Below, piece after piece: positions 10,968-22,494 of a stretch of 64,000 nt of DNA. The stretch is from Escherichia coli. Lineage in GTDB: Bacteria; Pseudomonadota; Gammaproteobacteria; Enterobacterales; Enterobacteriaceae. Below the pieces are notes generated by a model. It was not told the DNA's origin and did not search any database. It saw nothing but the letters and a program-made list of their open reading frames with translations. The number at the start of each line of letters is the position of its first letter. Positions within the stretch are counted from its first letter, which is position 1. The DNA is taken from assembly GCF_044324785.1 (NCBI RefSeq), contig NZ_CP172127.1; one strand, 5' to 3'. The translations under genes were made by a program, and so were the position numbers.

Positions 10968-11858
10968 ATGATCAAGAAGACAACGGAAATTGATGCCATC
11001 TTGTTAAATCTCAATAAGGCTATCGATGCCCACTACCAGTGGCTGGTAAGTATGTTTCACAGCGTAGTCGCGAGAGATGCCAGTAAGCCAGAAATAACGG
11101 ATAACCATTCTTATGGACTGTGCCAGTTTGGTCGGTGGATTGATCATCTGGGGCCACTCGATAACGATGAATTACCTTACGTTCGGCTAATGGATTCTGC
11201 CCATCAACATATGCATAACTGTGGTCGGGAATTAATGTTGGCTATTATTGAAAATCACTGGCAGGACGCGCATTTCGACGCCTTTCAGGAAGGGTTGCTT
11301 TCTTTTACTGCGGCATTAACCGATTACAAAATTTATTTGCTGACGATCCGTAGCAATATGGATGTTTTGACGGGATTGCCGGGTCGTCGGGTTCTTGATG
11401 AATCCTTTGATCATCAGTTACGCAACGCTGAGCCTCTGAATCTTTATTTAATGTTGTTGGATATTGACCGATTTAAATTGGTTAATGATACCTACGGGCA
11501 TTTAATCGGCGATGTAGTATTACGCACCCTGGCAACTTACTTAGCCAGTTGGACGCGCGATTACGAAACGGTTTATCGCTACGGTGGCGAAGAATTTATC
11601 ATTATTGTCAAAGCGGCTAATGATGAAGAAGCATGTCGTGCAGGTATCAGAATTTGCCAGTTAGTCGATAACCATGCCATCACACATTCTGAAGGGCATA
11701 TCAACATTACCGTGACTGCAGGTGTGAGTCGCGCATTTCCTGAAGAGCCTCTGGATGTGGTCATTGGAAGAGCGGACCGGGCAATGTATGAGGGTAAGCA
11801 AACCGGAAGAAATCGCTGTATGTTTATTGACGAACAAAATGTGATTAACCGAGTTTAA
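10968..11858 (+). CDS. dgcZ: Zinc-regulated diguanylate cyclase (CZB + GGDEF)
   Basis: 296-aa ORF MIKKTTEIDAILLNLNKAIDAHYQWL...; CZB zinc-binding domain and a GGEEF active-site motif (YRYGGEEFIIIV). Confidence 0.9.
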   Translation: MIKKTTEIDAILLNLNKAIDAHYQWLVSMFHSVVARDASKPEITDNHSYGLCQFGRWIDHLGPLDNDELPYVRLMDSAHQHMHNCGRELMLAIIENHWQDAHFDAFQEGLLSFTAALTDYKIYLLTIRSNMDVLTGLPGRRVLDESFDHQLRNAEPLNLYLMLLDIDRFKLVNDTYGHLIGDVVLRTLATYLASWTRDYETVYRYGGEEFIIIVKAANDEEACRAGIRICQLVDNHAITHSEGHINITVTAGVSRAFPEEPLDVVIGRADRAMYEGKQTGRNRCMFIDEQNVINRV

Positions 11859-11902
11859 GCTCCGTTTAACATTCATTGAGAAAACTGATGCTACTGTGTC
11901 AA

Positions 11903-12001
11903 CGATCCGTTATCAGTGCAGGAAAATGCCTGTTAGCGTAAAAGCAAAACACAAATCTATCCATGCAAGCATTCACCGCCGGTTTACTGGCGGTTTTTTT
12001 T
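11903..12001 (+). ncRNA. mgrR: Candidate small RNA in the dgcZ-mgtS intergenic region (position expected for MgrR); boundaries approximate
   Basis: Non-coding stretch ending in a strong intrinsic terminator (caccgccgg-ttta-ctggcggt followed by T8 at 11993-12001). Location divergent from mgtS matches the known mgrR locus. The 5' end is not determined. Confidence 0.45.
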
Positions 12002-12007
12002 CGCCGT

Positions 12008-12049
12008 CATAAAAATCAGGCCCCTTGTACACAACTGTAACAAGGGGCC
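12008..12049 (-). terminator. Terminator hairpin for mgtS
   Basis: ggccccttgtacacaactgtaacaaggggcc hairpin with a flanking A-run on the + strand (T-run for the minus transcript). Confidence 0.5.
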
Positions 12050-12076
12050 GGTTAGGTGAGGGATTATCTCCGTTCA

Positions 12077-12172
12077 TTAGTCATCCCATTTGTGGCTGAA
12101 ATACGCGGCCAGAAAACCAGAAAATAAAATTATTCCCAGTACGGCCATAAAAACATTCATATTACCCAGCAT
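12077..12172 (-). CDS. mgtS: Small inner-membrane protein MgtS (YneM), 31 aa
   Basis: Hand translation of the minus strand gives MLGNMNVFMAVLGIILFSGFLAAYFSHKWDD*. It is below the ORF-track size cutoff; single TM helix. Confidence 0.8.
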   Translation of the reverse strand: MLGNMNVFMAVLGIILFSGFLAAYFSHKWDD

Positions 12173-12298
12173 TATTTGCCTCCGTTTATGGTGTGGTGTG
12201 TTTCCTCGCTTACCTTAATTTTCATCTCAATGAGAAAGATATTAGCAGAGGTAACCTAAACGAAGGCTGAATTAAATTTTTATTGTGTTCGACTTAAA

Positions 12299-13486
12299 TC
12301 AACAAAGCGCGGGCTGCCCCCACGGTCTTGCACGAATTCCTTTTAACATCAGCACCCACGCAGCAATGATCACCAACGCTAAGATGATAAACAGCGAGGA
12401 AGGCGGCAGGTTGGTTAGCACTATGCCACTCACTAATGGGTTAATCGCCGCACCAAGCCAGCCTAAAGACTGAGCGGAAAAATAGCTGGCTTTCATTCCT
12501 GGCGGCGCAATATGGTCAATCAACATATACTCGCCCGGCGCATAAATGATTTCACCGACAGTAAATACCGCAGCTGACATACCCCACAATAGCAGGCTGT
12601 TGCCGGAAAAAATAAAACCGACCAGACCGATGACGAAACAGAGGGTGCCTGCTGTCATCAGCGTGCGGATGTTAGCCGGGTTAAGTCGCCGGCCCACGGA
12701 ATATTGCAACGTAACCACCATGGCAGCATTCACCGGAAGAACAACCGCGACCACCTTTTCGGCAAAATCCCCATCAGCAATCACCATCACATATTGTGAA
12801 ATGCATGAAGCAAATGCGCCGCTAACAAAAGAAGCCAGAAAGCCAGAGCAGGTAAACCACAACAGTGCTTTATCTTGTAATAAAACTTTCGGCGACCAGG
12901 CACTGGCTGTTTCCGTGGCGATGATTTTCTCGCTGCGCTTTACCCAAATTTGAATGAAAAGCATGGGAAACGCGGAACAGATAGCTGCCAGCCAAAAGGG
13001 CAGATTGATGCTCTGCATCACCAACAGCGTGCCGAGCGGCGGACCGATGGTCCAGCCAATGTTTAGCATGGTGTAGTTGATTGAGAAGATTTTCGTTTTG
13101 CTGGTGGAGGAAAGATTGTCGGCAAACCAGGCTTTCAACACGGTAGCAAAAACGGAATAGGCGCAGTTAATAAGGGCAAAAAAGAGTACCACCAGCGTCA
13201 CGTTATTCACTAAAGGAATGGCAATAAAACCGCTGGCGAAGGCGGTAATTGCCAGTAACATATAGCGTTTCTTGTCGAACTTATCCGCCAGGATACCAAA
13301 ACCGAGGCTAAAAACGACGCCAATAGTGAGCGCAATTGTCATCGCATAACCGATTAGATCGACACTCAGGCTGTACTGGCGACTCAAGTAAATGGTCATA
13401 AACGGCAGCGTAGCGCCGCGTCCGATGGTTAATAACAACGACGAGGCAAGAAGGGCGCTGGTAGAGCGTCGTAGGGATAAGTTCAT
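12299..13486 (-). CDS. ydeE: MFS efflux transporter
   Basis: 395-aa ORF, 12 predicted TM segments, MFS-type. Confidence 0.8.
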   Translation of the reverse strand: MNLSLRRSTSALLASSLLLTIGRGATLPFMTIYLSRQYSLSVDLIGYAMTIALTIGVVFSLGFGILADKFDKKRYMLLAITAFASGFIAIPLVNNVTLVVLFFALINCAYSVFATVLKAWFADNLSSTSKTKIFSINYTMLNIGWTIGPPLGTLLVMQSINLPFWLAAICSAFPMLFIQIWVKRSEKIIATETASAWSPKVLLQDKALLWFTCSGFLASFVSGAFASCISQYVMVIADGDFAEKVVAVVLPVNAAMVVTLQYSVGRRLNPANIRTLMTAGTLCFVIGLVGFIFSGNSLLLWGMSAAVFTVGEIIYAPGEYMLIDHIAPPGMKASYFSAQSLGWLGAAINPLVSGIVLTNLPPSSLFIILALVIIAAWVLMLKGIRARPWGQPALC

Positions 13487-13680
13487 TTGTCTGTCCGGCA
13501 GTGCGTTTCGTTATGTTTTGTTTTAGAGATGTAAAGAAATAGCATGGCAAAAATCCGAAGTATAGCGACTTATTTGCGCTTTAATGCCGTCGTAATCGGC
13601 GACTAACGAATCAACTGTTAAAGAAAAGTAAATTCAGCTAAGTTGATTGCTTACAAAAGATGAAATTCAGAGGCGGTAGA

Positions 13681-14580
13681 ATGTCGCGAAAAGATGGGGT
13701 GTTGGCGCTACTGGTAGTGGTCGTATGGGGGCTGAATTTTGTGGTCATCAAAGTGGGACTTCATAACATGCCACCGCTGATGCTGGCCGGTTTGCGCTTT
13801 ATGCTGGTCGCTTTTCCGGCCATCTTTTTTGTCGCACGACCGAAAGTACCACTGAATTTGCTGCTGGGGTATGGATTAACCATCAGTTTTGCGCAGTTTG
13901 CCTTTCTGTTTTGCGCCATTAACTTTGGTATGCCTGCTGGACTGGCCTCGCTGGTGTTACAGGCACAGGCGTTTTTTACTATCGTACTTGGCGCATTTAC
14001 TTTCGGTGAGCGGCTGCATGGCAAACAATTGGCGGGGATTGCCTTAGCGATTTTTGGCGTACTGGTGTTAATCGAAGATAGTCTGAATGGTCAGCATGTG
14101 GCGATGCTCGGCTTTATGTTGACCCTGGCGGCAGCATTTAATTGGGCGTGTGGCAACATCTTCAATAAAAAGATCATGTCGCACTCAACGCGTCCGGCGG
14201 TGATGTCGCTGGTAATCTGGAGCGCATTAATCCCAATCATTCCCTTCTTTGTTGCCTCGCTGATTCTCGATGGTTCCGCAACCATGATTCACAGTCTGGT
14301 CACTATCGATATGACCACCATCTTGTCTCTGATGTATCTGGCGTTTGTGGCGACAATTGTTGGTTATGGGATCTGGGGGACGTTACTGGGACGCTATGAA
14401 ACCTGGCGGGTTGCACCGTTATCGTTACTGGTGCCCGTAGTAGGACTGGCAAGTGCGGCACTATTGCTGGATGAACGCTTAACGGGTCTGCAATTTTTCG
14501 GTGCGGTGCTCATTATGACCGGGCTGTATATCAATGTATTTGGCTTGCGGTGGCGTAAAGCGGTAAAGGTGGGAAGTTAA
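13681..14580 (+). CDS. eamA: Cysteine/O-acetylserine exporter (DMT superfamily)
   Basis: 299 aa from MSRKDGVLALLVVVVWGLNFVVIKVGL; two EamA-domain repeats. Confidence 0.85.
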   Translation: MSRKDGVLALLVVVVWGLNFVVIKVGLHNMPPLMLAGLRFMLVAFPAIFFVARPKVPLNLLLGYGLTISFAQFAFLFCAINFGMPAGLASLVLQAQAFFTIVLGAFTFGERLHGKQLAGIALAIFGVLVLIEDSLNGQHVAMLGFMLTLAAAFNWACGNIFNKKIMSHSTRPAVMSLVIWSALIPIIPFFVASLILDGSATMIHSLVTIDMTTILSLMYLAFVATIVGYGIWGTLLGRYETWRVAPLSLLVPVVGLASAALLLDERLTGLQFFGAVLIMTGLYINVFGLRWRKAVKVGS

Positions 14581-14610
14581 TAAGCCCCGAGATGTCGGGG
14601 CCAGAACAAA

Positions 14611-14829
14611 CTACATAGCGTGTTGATTATAATAGGGCACGCCGAGCGCATCCGACTTATCACTGCCAGTACCCATGTGATTTAAATCAAACGGTGGTTG
14701 TTCCTGCGATGGGGGAACAACCACGACATTGGCACAGGAAGTAACAACCGGCTGCGTGGTTTGTTCCGCAATGCCCTGCGTGGAAAAGAGAATAAGCGCA
14801 GCTGCTATTGCGGATAAAAGTGGTTTCAT
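14611..14829 (-). CDS. marB: Periplasmic protein MarB
   Basis: 72-aa ORF MKPLLSAIAAALILFSTQGIAEQTT..., immediately downstream of marA. Confidence 0.85.
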   Translation of the reverse strand: MKPLLSAIAAALILFSTQGIAEQTTQPVVTSCANVVVVPPSQEQPPFDLNHMGTGSDKSDALGVPYYNQHAM

Positions 14830-14860
14830 GATTGCCTCAGTGACGTTGTCACGTTATCAA

Positions 14861-15244
14861 CTAGCTGTTGTAATGATTTAATGGATGTAAAAAGCGCGAT
14901 TCGCCCTGCATATTGGTCATCCGGTATTTATGCGGCGGAACATCAAAGTAATTTTTGAAGGTTCGGGTCAGAGTTTGTTGCGACTCGAAGCCATATCGTT
15001 CTGCCAGATAGAGTATCGGCTCGTTACTTTCCTTCAGCTTTTGCGCGATTTCCGTCATCTTACGGCTGCGGATGTATTGGCCTAATGAATGACCGGTTTC
15101 TTTTTTAAACATCCGTTGCAGGTGCCATTTGGAGTAACCCGAACGCTCTGACACTTTCTCCAGTGACAGTGGCGATTCCAGGTTGTCCTCGATCCAGTCC
15201 AAAATGCTATGAATGGTAATAGCGTCAGTATTGCGTCTGGACAT
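14861..15244 (-). CDS. marA: AraC/XylS-family activator MarA
   Basis: [51 protein letters not shown]...; 127 aa with the double HTH. Confidence 0.9.
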
Positions 15245-15264
15245 CGTCATACCTCTTTTTTTGT

Positions 15265-15699
15265 TTACGGCAGGACTTTCTTAAGCAAATGCTCAAGTGT
15301 TGCCACTTCGTCCGCCGTCAGGTTTTTTGTTAATTCTTGGTGCAGGTCCTGGCCAACTAATTGATGGCATTGTTCACATATTGCCGCGCCGCTGGTGGTA
15401 AGTTTTACCAGTACGCCGCGCTTATCATTCGGGTTCGGCAACCTTTCCACCCAGCCTTTACAGACCAGGCGATCCAGCATACGGGTCAGTGCTCCCAGGT
15501 CGACCGACAATACCTTTTTCAGTTCAACCGGAGTAATACACGCCGCGCAGCGGATAGAGCAGAGCACCTTAAACTGTGCCGCGGTAATATCCAGCGGAGA
15601 CAGATACTCGTTAAGCAGGCGATCTTTCTTCTGATTAACCATATGGATTAAGCGACCCAATGGAATAATTTCATTGAACAGATCGCTGGTACTTTTCAC
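15265..15699 (-). CDS. marR: MarR repressor of the multiple-antibiotic-resistance operon
   Basis: 144-aa winged-helix MarR-family ORF heading the marRAB operon. Confidence 0.9.
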
Positions 15700-15910
15700 A
15701 TTAGTTGCCCTGGCAAGTAATTAGTTGCAGAGGATAATATTGCCCAGGCAAGTATAAGTCAAATGAATGAATTGACCGATGCCACGTTTTGCTAAATCGG
15801 TTCAAGTTTTGGTCAATGCGATGCAAGGTTAGCTAAAGAGTGACACTTTATCCTTGTTTACCCCTTATACTTTTCGCTGATAACCCAGATACACAGGATA
15901 ACAACCACCA
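15700..15910. promoter_or_regulatory. marO: divergent marRAB / marC promoter-operator region
   Basis: 211-bp intergenic region between divergent marR and marC; the known location of MarR operators and the marbox. Individual sites were not mapped here. Confidence 0.6.
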
Positions 15911-16576
15911 ATGTTAGATTTGTTTAAAGCAATTGGCCTGGGGCTGGTGGTGTTACTACCGTTAGCTAACCCATTAACAACTGTCGCGTTATTTCTTGGC
16001 CTGGCAGGCAACATGAACAGTGCCGAACGTAATCGTCAGTCGTTGATGGCCTCGGTGTACGTCTTTGCCATCATGATGGTGGCGTATTACGCCGGGCAAC
16101 TGGTGATGGATACATTTGGCATTTCGATTCCCGGTCTGCGAATTGCAGGCGGCTTAATCGTCGCGTTTATCGGTTTTCGGATGCTCTTTCCGCAACAGAA
16201 AGCAATTGATTCACCGGAAGCGAAAAGCAAGTCGGAAGAGCTGGAAGATGAACCCAGTGCCAATATTGCTTTTGTACCACTGGCAATGCCTAGTACCGCC
16301 GGACCGGGAACCATTGCGATGATTATTAGCTCGGCGTCCACTGTGCGTCAGAGTTCAACCTTCGCTGATTGGGTACTGATGGCTGCGCCGCCGCTGATCT
16401 TTTTCCTGGTGGCGGTTATTTTGTGGGGAAGTCTACGCAGCTCTGGCGCAATTATGCGGCTGGTGGGCAAGGGGGGAATTGAAGCGATCTCCCGCCTGAT
16501 GGGATTCCTGCTGGTATGTATGGGCGTGCAGTTTATTATTAACGGCATCCTGGAAATCATTAAAACGTACCATTAA
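15911..16576 (+). CDS. marC: Inner-membrane protein MarC (UPF0056 family)
   Basis: 221-aa multi-TM ORF divergent from marR. Confidence 0.85.
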   Translation: MLDLFKAIGLGLVVLLPLANPLTTVALFLGLAGNMNSAERNRQSLMASVYVFAIMMVAYYAGQLVMDTFGISIPGLRIAGGLIVAFIGFRMLFPQQKAIDSPEAKSKSEELEDEPSANIAFVPLAMPSTAGPGTIAMIISSASTVRQSSTFADWVLMAAPPLIFFLVAVILWGSLRSSGAIMRLVGKGGIEAISRLMGFLLVCMGVQFIINGILEIIKTYH

Positions 16577-16598
16577 AAAAGGCCCGAATGGGCCTTTC
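16575..16598. terminator. Bidirectional terminator between marC and ydeA
   Basis: aaaaaaggcccgaatgggcctttc: short GC stem flanked by an A-run and a T-run. Confidence 0.6.
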
Positions 16599-16600
16599 AA

Positions 16601-17791
16601 CTATTGCGTCTGTTCTTCGAGTGTCACTGGCCAGCGGCGAAAAATGATGATTGACCATATTAACGCGGCAAAAGCAGGCACCGCGCCCACATAACCAATC
16701 ATCGACATTGACCAGTGCAGACTGACCTGATTACCTACCAACGCGCCAGCGCCGATTCCAATATTAAATATCCCCGAGAATAGCGCCATCGCGACATCGG
16801 TGGCATCTGGTGCCAGCGCCAGCACTTTAACCTGCATACCAAGCCCGATGATCATCATCGCGATCCCCCAGAAAATACTTAGCACCCCGAGGTGTATTTC
16901 ACTGTTCGCCGCAGGTAGCAGCAGTGCGAGGCACACCAGCAACAGCGCAATCGCCGTACTCACCAACGCAGACGCATACTGATTACCCAGTTTCCCGAAA
17001 ATCACGCTGCCAATAATGCCCGCACCACCGAGTAATAACAGTAATGCCGTGGCAAAGTTGGCGCTGAATCCCGCAATGTTTTGCACAAAAGGCTCGATAT
17101 AGCTGTATGCCGTGTAATGGGCGGTGACAACCACCACAGTTAACAAATAAATGCTCATTAATGCCGGGCGGCGGAACAATAGCGGGAGGCTTTTCAATGA
17201 ACCGGAATGCTCACTGGGCAGCAAGGGAAGTAACTTAATCAGGCACAAAAGGGTAATAAACGCCCCGATACCAATCGCGAAGAAGGTCATTCGCCAGCCA
17301 AAATACTGCCCCACAATGCGCCCGAGAGGTAAACCTAATACCATTGCCAGTGCTGTACCGGTGGCAATTAAACTCAACGCCTGCGCTCGCTTCCCGGCCG
17401 GAGCCATACGGATCGCCAGAGACGCCGTAATCGACCAGAAAATCGCATGTGCAAAAGCCACACCAATGCGACTGATCACCAGAACGGTAAAGCTCCACGA
17501 CAAAAACGACAGTACGTGGCTGGCAATAAACACCACAAACAGGCAGATCAGTAATTTGCGTCGTTCAACCTGGCTGGTCATTAACATAAAAGGCAATGAC
17601 ATTAGCGCCACTACCCATGCATAAATCGTCAACATGATGCCGACCTGAGCGGTTTGCATGTGAAAACTTTGCGCAATGTCAGAGAGCAGGCCAACAGGGA
17701 CAAATTCGGTGGTGTTGAAGATGAAGGCGGCGACTGCCAGCGTAACGACCCGTAGCCACGCCACTTTGCGGGAAACAGTGTTTGTTGTCAT
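16601..17791 (-). CDS. ydeA: MFS sugar efflux transporter (SotB/YdeA)
   Basis: 396-aa MFS ORF. Confidence 0.8.
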   Translation of the reverse strand: MTTNTVSRKVAWLRVVTLAVAAFIFNTTEFVPVGLLSDIAQSFHMQTAQVGIMLTIYAWVVALMSLPFMLMTSQVERRKLLICLFVVFIASHVLSFLSWSFTVLVISRIGVAFAHAIFWSITASLAIRMAPAGKRAQALSLIATGTALAMVLGLPLGRIVGQYFGWRMTFFAIGIGAFITLLCLIKLLPLLPSEHSGSLKSLPLLFRRPALMSIYLLTVVVVTAHYTAYSYIEPFVQNIAGFSANFATALLLLLGGAGIIGSVIFGKLGNQYASALVSTAIALLLVCLALLLPAANSEIHLGVLSIFWGIAMMIIGLGMQVKVLALAPDATDVAMALFSGIFNIGIGAGALVGNQVSLHWSMSMIGYVGAVPAFAALIWSIIIFRRWPVTLEEQTQ

Positions 17792-17940
17792 AACAGATTA
17801 TCGGGTGAGTTGCGAAAAAGTGATGAAATGATCTTAAAACGGTTAATGATGTGAATACAATGCATTTGTGATCTGGATCGCGTTTTCCGTTTCTCTGACG
17901 CTGATTCTGTTCCGCGTCAGAGAGTCGGTAACATCACGGT

Positions 17941-19056
17941 TTAATGACGTTCAGGGAGGTCTGGCGTTTTGGCGGTTGCGGGTATAGGTGATCTGACAGG
18001 GGAGCGAGGCCTGTTTTTCACCAGGTCTTCGTGAGTAACTTTTGGCGGCGTTTCATTTTTTACAAAAAGTTTGAGGGTCCTGCGCGCCATATGTTTGATA
18101 ATTTTATCATCACTTAATGATGCTGGCATCAACACGTCATTCAAATCACTTTCATTGGGATTCATAAATTGGTGATAGTGCAACAACATATTGGCGAAAA
18201 ATAAAAACAAGTCCTGAAAATGTGGAAAATCTTGTTCTGCTAAAAGGGATAAAAAGCAGATACAGACTTCGGGTAGTACATGTTTGTTAGAACCTAATGA
18301 ATCCATCAGACTTTGCAATAAATCCTCTTTTAATTCGCTGTCCTTTATGTCAAGAATGGCGGTGATCAAGTTAGGCTCTTTATTGACGAACCATCTGTGA
18401 ACTTCAGAGTTATTCCATAATCGGGGGAGTATGACAAAATTACCGCGAGAGATAAAATTCAGGACAAGCAAATCAAACTGGCGTAAGTAATCTGCAGCGG
18501 TATGGTGATCCGGAGGCAGGGGTTCAATATGTGGTGTATGCGCTCTTTTGATGGGAACGCCAGGGTTGATCATTGGAAATTGTTCAATAAAATCATTCAG
18601 AAACAGAAAGAGCACACGCTCGACGCCGGTCTGAAATACGCGCCCCATAGTGACAGGCTTTGGGTTGGGAGCGCAAAAAATATTAATTTCTCCATCATGG
18701 CGAAAATTATCTAAATAAATAGGGCTTAAATTTATTACTACCTGAAATTCAATATTTTCTTTGTGTCTTCCATTCTTGACGGGATAAGTGAGTTTAAACT
18801 GAACCTTTTCATTGTATAGCGTGTCGTTACCCCGGAAAGAAGTCCTCTGAATATATGATAAGTTATCAAGGTTATTAAATATCTTTTTTGTGGCTGAGTT
18901 GATGTTTAAAGACGTGCGCCACTCTTCATCACATATTATGGTACTGAGTGCATCAATAAAATCCTTTAAAACTTCTTTTACCTGAGGTGCAATATTACGT
19001 ACGGGAAAATCATCAGGAAGAGATATGTAATTGCTGATGCTTACTGGCGTAACCAT
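17941..19056 (-). CDS. yneK: Uncharacterised protein YneK
   Basis: 371-aa ORF with no recognisable catalytic motif; visibly AT-rich compared with its neighbours. Confidence 0.7.
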   Translation of the reverse strand: MVTPVSISNYISLPDDFPVRNIAPQVKEVLKDFIDALSTIICDEEWRTSLNINSATKKIFNNLDNLSYIQRTSFRGNDTLYNEKVQFKLTYPVKNGRHKENIEFQVVINLSPIYLDNFRHDGEINIFCAPNPKPVTMGRVFQTGVERVLFLFLNDFIEQFPMINPGVPIKRAHTPHIEPLPPDHHTAADYLRQFDLLVLNFISRGNFVILPRLWNNSEVHRWFVNKEPNLITAILDIKDSELKEDLLQSLMDSLGSNKHVLPEVCICFLSLLAEQDFPHFQDLFLFFANMLLHYHQFMNPNESDLNDVLMPASLSDDKIIKHMARRTLKLFVKNETPPKVTHEDLVKNRPRSPVRSPIPATAKTPDLPERH

Positions 19057-19139
19057 ATTTGCCCCATATAGTCATAAGTCATCGGAGCATCACTATATAG
19101 AGCATATTAGCCGCAAGAACTATCAAAAATAGCTCATTG

Positions 19140-20015
19140 CTAACTCTGTTTTGCCGAGTCAGACACATCCAGTAGTTGAATAAATGCCTCAAGCGGACGC
19201 GTTTTCGCACCGCGACGCCAGACCAGCCAGGTTGTTAACCAACGCCATTGCTCAGCTAACGGCCACGCTTCAACCTGGTGATGCCCCGGCATACTTTCCA
19301 GCATAGAGCGTGGAATAAGCGCAATGCCTGCTCCTGCGACCACACAGGCCAACATCCCGTGATACGACTCCATCTCGTGAATAGTTCCCGGAGCGGCACC
19401 GTCAGCATGAAACCAGCTCTCGAAGTGGCGACGATACGAACAATTGGCGCGGAAGGCATAAATGTTACTGCCATTAACCTGACTGGCACGGGTTACTGGC
19501 GCATGTCCTTGTGGCGTGACAATCATCAGCTCCTCGCGGTACACCGGTATCCCGTCAATGGCAGTATGGTTAATGGGCCCATCAATAAACGCCGCATTCA
19601 GTTTTCCCTCCAGCACCCCTTCCAGCATAGTGCCGGAAGGGCCGGTGGAAAGTGAAAACTGAATTTTGGGATAACGACGGTTAAATTCCGCCAGCGTGGC
19701 CGGAATGCGCACTGCAGCGGTGCTTTCCAGCGAACCAAGAGAAAATAAACCTTGCGGCTCATCGCCAGCGACAACGCTCCGCGCTTCATCCACTAACGCG
19801 AGAATTTGTTGGCTATAGCGTAAAAAGTTATGCCCGGCAGGCGAGAGACGTAAACGCTGATTCTCGCGAATAAACAGATCAACCCCCAGTTCTGTTTCCA
19901 GCTGGCGTAGACGGGTAGTGAGATTCGACGGCACGCGATGCACTTTTGCTGCAGCCTGGGTTATGCTGCCAGCTTCGGCAACCGCGTTGAACATCTCCAG
20001 TTGGGTCAGATCCAT
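19140..20015 (-). CDS. yneJ: LysR-family transcriptional regulator
   Basis: 291-aa ORF with an N-terminal LysR HTH ([40 protein letters not shown]); divergent from sad. Confidence 0.8.
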   Translation of the reverse strand: MDLTQLEMFNAVAEAGSITQAAAKVHRVPSNLTTRLRQLETELGVDLFIRENQRLRLSPAGHNFLRYSQQILALVDEARSVVAGDEPQGLFSLGSLESTAAVRIPATLAEFNRRYPKIQFSLSTGPSGTMLEGVLEGKLNAAFIDGPINHTAIDGIPVYREELMIVTPQGHAPVTRASQVNGSNIYAFRANCSYRRHFESWFHADGAAPGTIHEMESYHGMLACVVAGAGIALIPRSMLESMPGHHQVEAWPLAEQWRWLTTWLVWRRGAKTRPLEAFIQLLDVSDSAKQS

Positions 20016-20115
20016 AATATTCTCGATTCGTGAATAAGTGGCTTAATATTATTCATTTTAAAGCAAGAGTAAATCTGCGTATCTTCATACAATGACTCAT
20101 AAAGGAGATACCCCG

Positions 20116-21504
20116 ATGACCATTACTCCGGAAACTCATGCAATTTCGATAAATCCTGCCACCGGTGAACAACTTTCTGTGCTGCCGTGGGCTGGCGCTG
20201 ACGATATCGAAAACGCACTACAGCTGGCGGCAGCTGGCTTTCGCGACTGGCGCGAGACAAATATAGATTATCGTGCTGAAAAACTGCGTGATATCGGTAA
20301 GGCTCTGCGTGTCCGTAGCGAAGAAATGGCGCAAATGATCACCCGTGAAATGGGCAAACCAATCAACCAGGCGCGCGCTGAAGTGGCGAAATCGGCGAAT
20401 TTGTGTGACTGGTATGCAGAACATGGTCCGGCAATGCTGAAGGCGGAACCTACGCTGGTGGAAAATCAGCAGGCAGTTATTGAGTATCGACCGTTGGGGA
20501 CAATTCTGGCGATTATGCCGTGGAATTTTCCGTTATGGCAGGTGATGCGTGGCGCGGTTCCCATCATTCTTGCTGGTAACGGCTACTTACTTAAACATGC
20601 GCCGAATGTGATGGGCTGTGCACAGCTCATTGCCCAGGTGTTTAAAGATGCGGGTATCCCACAAGGCGTATATGGCTGGCTGAATGCCGACAACGACGGC
20701 GTCAGTCAGATGATTAAAGACTCGCGCATTGCTGCTGTCACGGTGACCGGAAGTGTTCGTGCGGGAGCGGCTATTGGCGCACAGGCTGGAGCGGCACTGA
20801 AAAAATGCGTACTGGAACTGGGCGGTTCGGATCCATTTATTGTGCTTAACGATGCCGATCTGGAACTGGCGGTTAAAGCGGCGGTAGCCGGACGTTTTCA
20901 GAATACCGGACAGGTTTGTGCAGCGGCAAAACGCTTTATCATCGAAGAGGGAATTGCTTCGGCATTTACCGAACGTTTTGTGGCAGCTGCGGCAGCCTTG
21001 AAAATGGGCGATCCCCGTGACGAAGAGAACACTCTCGGACCAATGGCTCGTTTTGATTTACGTGATGAGCTGCATCATCAGGTGGAGAAAACTCTGGCGC
21101 AGGGTGCGCGTTTGTTACTGGGCGGGGAAAAGATGGCAGGGGCAGGTAACTACTATTCGCCGACGGTTCTGGCGAATGTTACCCCAGAAATGACTGCGTT
21201 TCGGGAAGAAATGTTTGGCCCCGTTGCGGCAATCACCATTGCGAAAGATGCAGAACATGCACTGGAACTGGCTAATAATAGCGAGTTCGGCCTTTCAGCG
21301 ACCATTTTCACCACCGACGAAACACGGGCCAGACAGATGGCGGCACGTCTGGAATGCGGTGGGGTGTTTATCAATGGTTATTGTGCCAGCGACGCGCGAG
21401 TGGCCTTTGGTGGCGTGAAAAAGAGTGGCTTTGGTCGTGAGCTTTCCCATTTCGGCTTACACGAATTCTGTAATATCCAGACGGTGTGGAAAGACCGGAT
21501 CTGA
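20116..21504 (+). CDS. sad: NAD+-dependent succinate-semialdehyde dehydrogenase
   Basis: Aldehyde dehydrogenase family with catalytic Cys and Glu motifs; start taken at [11 protein letters not shown] (462 aa). Confidence 0.85.
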   Translation: MTITPETHAISINPATGEQLSVLPWAGADDIENALQLAAAGFRDWRETNIDYRAEKLRDIGKALRVRSEEMAQMITREMGKPINQARAEVAKSANLCDWYAEHGPAMLKAEPTLVENQQAVIEYRPLGTILAIMPWNFPLWQVMRGAVPIILAGNGYLLKHAPNVMGCAQLIAQVFKDAGIPQGVYGWLNADNDGVSQMIKDSRIAAVTVTGSVRAGAAIGAQAGAALKKCVLELGGSDPFIVLNDADLELAVKAAVAGRFQNTGQVCAAAKRFIIEEGIASAFTERFVAAAAALKMGDPRDEENTLGPMARFDLRDELHHQVEKTLAQGARLLLGGEKMAGAGNYYSPTVLANVTPEMTAFREEMFGPVAAITIAKDAEHALELANNSEFGLSATIFTTDETRARQMAARLECGGVFINGYCASDARVAFGGVKKSGFGRELSHFGLHEFCNIQTVWKDRI

Positions 21505-21567
21505 CGCGACATATTCAGCTCTGATATACTCGCAGGTCTTTTCAGACCTGCGGTCCAGGAGTAGAAA

Positions 21568-22494
21568 GTGGCAGTCGCCATGGATAATGCAATTTTAGAA
21601 AACATCTTGCGGCAAGTGCGGCCGCTCATTGGTCAGGGTAAAGTCGCGGATTATATTCCGGCGCTGGCTACGGTAGACGGTTCCCGGCTGGGCATTGCTA
21701 TCTGTACCGTTGACGGACAGCTTTTTCAGGCCGGAGACGCACAAGAACGTTTTTCCATTCAGTCTATTTCCAAAGTGCTGAGTCTCGTTGTCGCCATGCG
21801 TCATTACTCCGAAGAGGAAATCTGGCAACGCGTCGGCAAAGATCCGTCTGGATCACCGTTCAATTCTTTAGTGCAACTGGAAATGGAGCAGGGTATTCCG
21901 CGTAATCCGTTTATTAATGCCGGTGCGCTGGTGGTCTGCGATATGTTGCAAGGGCGATTAAGCGCTCCTCGGCAACGTATGCTGGAAGTCGTGCGCGGCT
22001 TAAGCGGTGTGTCTGATATTTCATACGATACGGTGGTAGCGCGTTCCGAATTTGAACATTCCGCGCGAAATGCGGCTATCGCCTGGCTGATGAAGTCGTT
22101 TGGCAATTTCCATCATGATGTGACAACCGTTCTGCAAAACTACTTTCATTACTGCGCTCTGAAAATGAGCTGTATAGAGCTGGCCCGGACGTTTGTCTTT
22201 CTGGCTAATCAGGGGAAAGCTATTCATATTGATGAACCTGTGGTGACGCCAATGCAGGCGCGGCAAATTAACGCGCTGATGGCGACCAGTGGTATGTACC
22301 AGAACGCGGGGGAGTTTGCCTGGCGGGTGGGACTACCAGCGAAATCTGGCGTTGGTGGCGGTATTGTGGCGATTGTTCCGCATGAAATGGCCATCGCAGT
22401 CTGGAGTCCGGAACTGGATGATGCAGGTAACTCGCTCGCGGGTATCGCCGTCCTTGAACAATTGACGAAACAGTTAGGGCGTTCGGTTTATTAA
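21568..22494 (+). CDS. glsB: Glutaminase 2
   Basis: 308-aa glutaminase-family ORF (serine-dependent beta-lactamase-like fold). Confidence 0.85.
   Translation: MAVAMDNAILENILRQVRPLIGQGKVADYIPALATVDGSRLGIAICTVDGQLFQAGDAQERFSIQSISKVLSLVVAMRHYSEEEIWQRVGKDPSGSPFNSLVQLEMEQGIPRNPFINAGALVVCDMLQGRLSAPRQRMLEVVRGLSGVSDISYDTVVARSEFEHSARNAAIAWLMKSFGNFHHDVTTVLQNYFHYCALKMSCIELARTFVFLANQGKAIHIDEPVVTPMQARQINALMATSGMYQNAGEFAWRVGLPAKSGVGGGIVAIVPHEMAIAVWSPELDDAGNSLAGIAVLEQLTKQLGRSVY

Noticed and set aside
17881-17930. Hairpin tctctgacgc...gcgtcagaga downstream of yneK as an intrinsic terminator
   Set aside because: The stem is present but is not followed by a U-run on the transcribed strand, so the call is too weak for the feature list.
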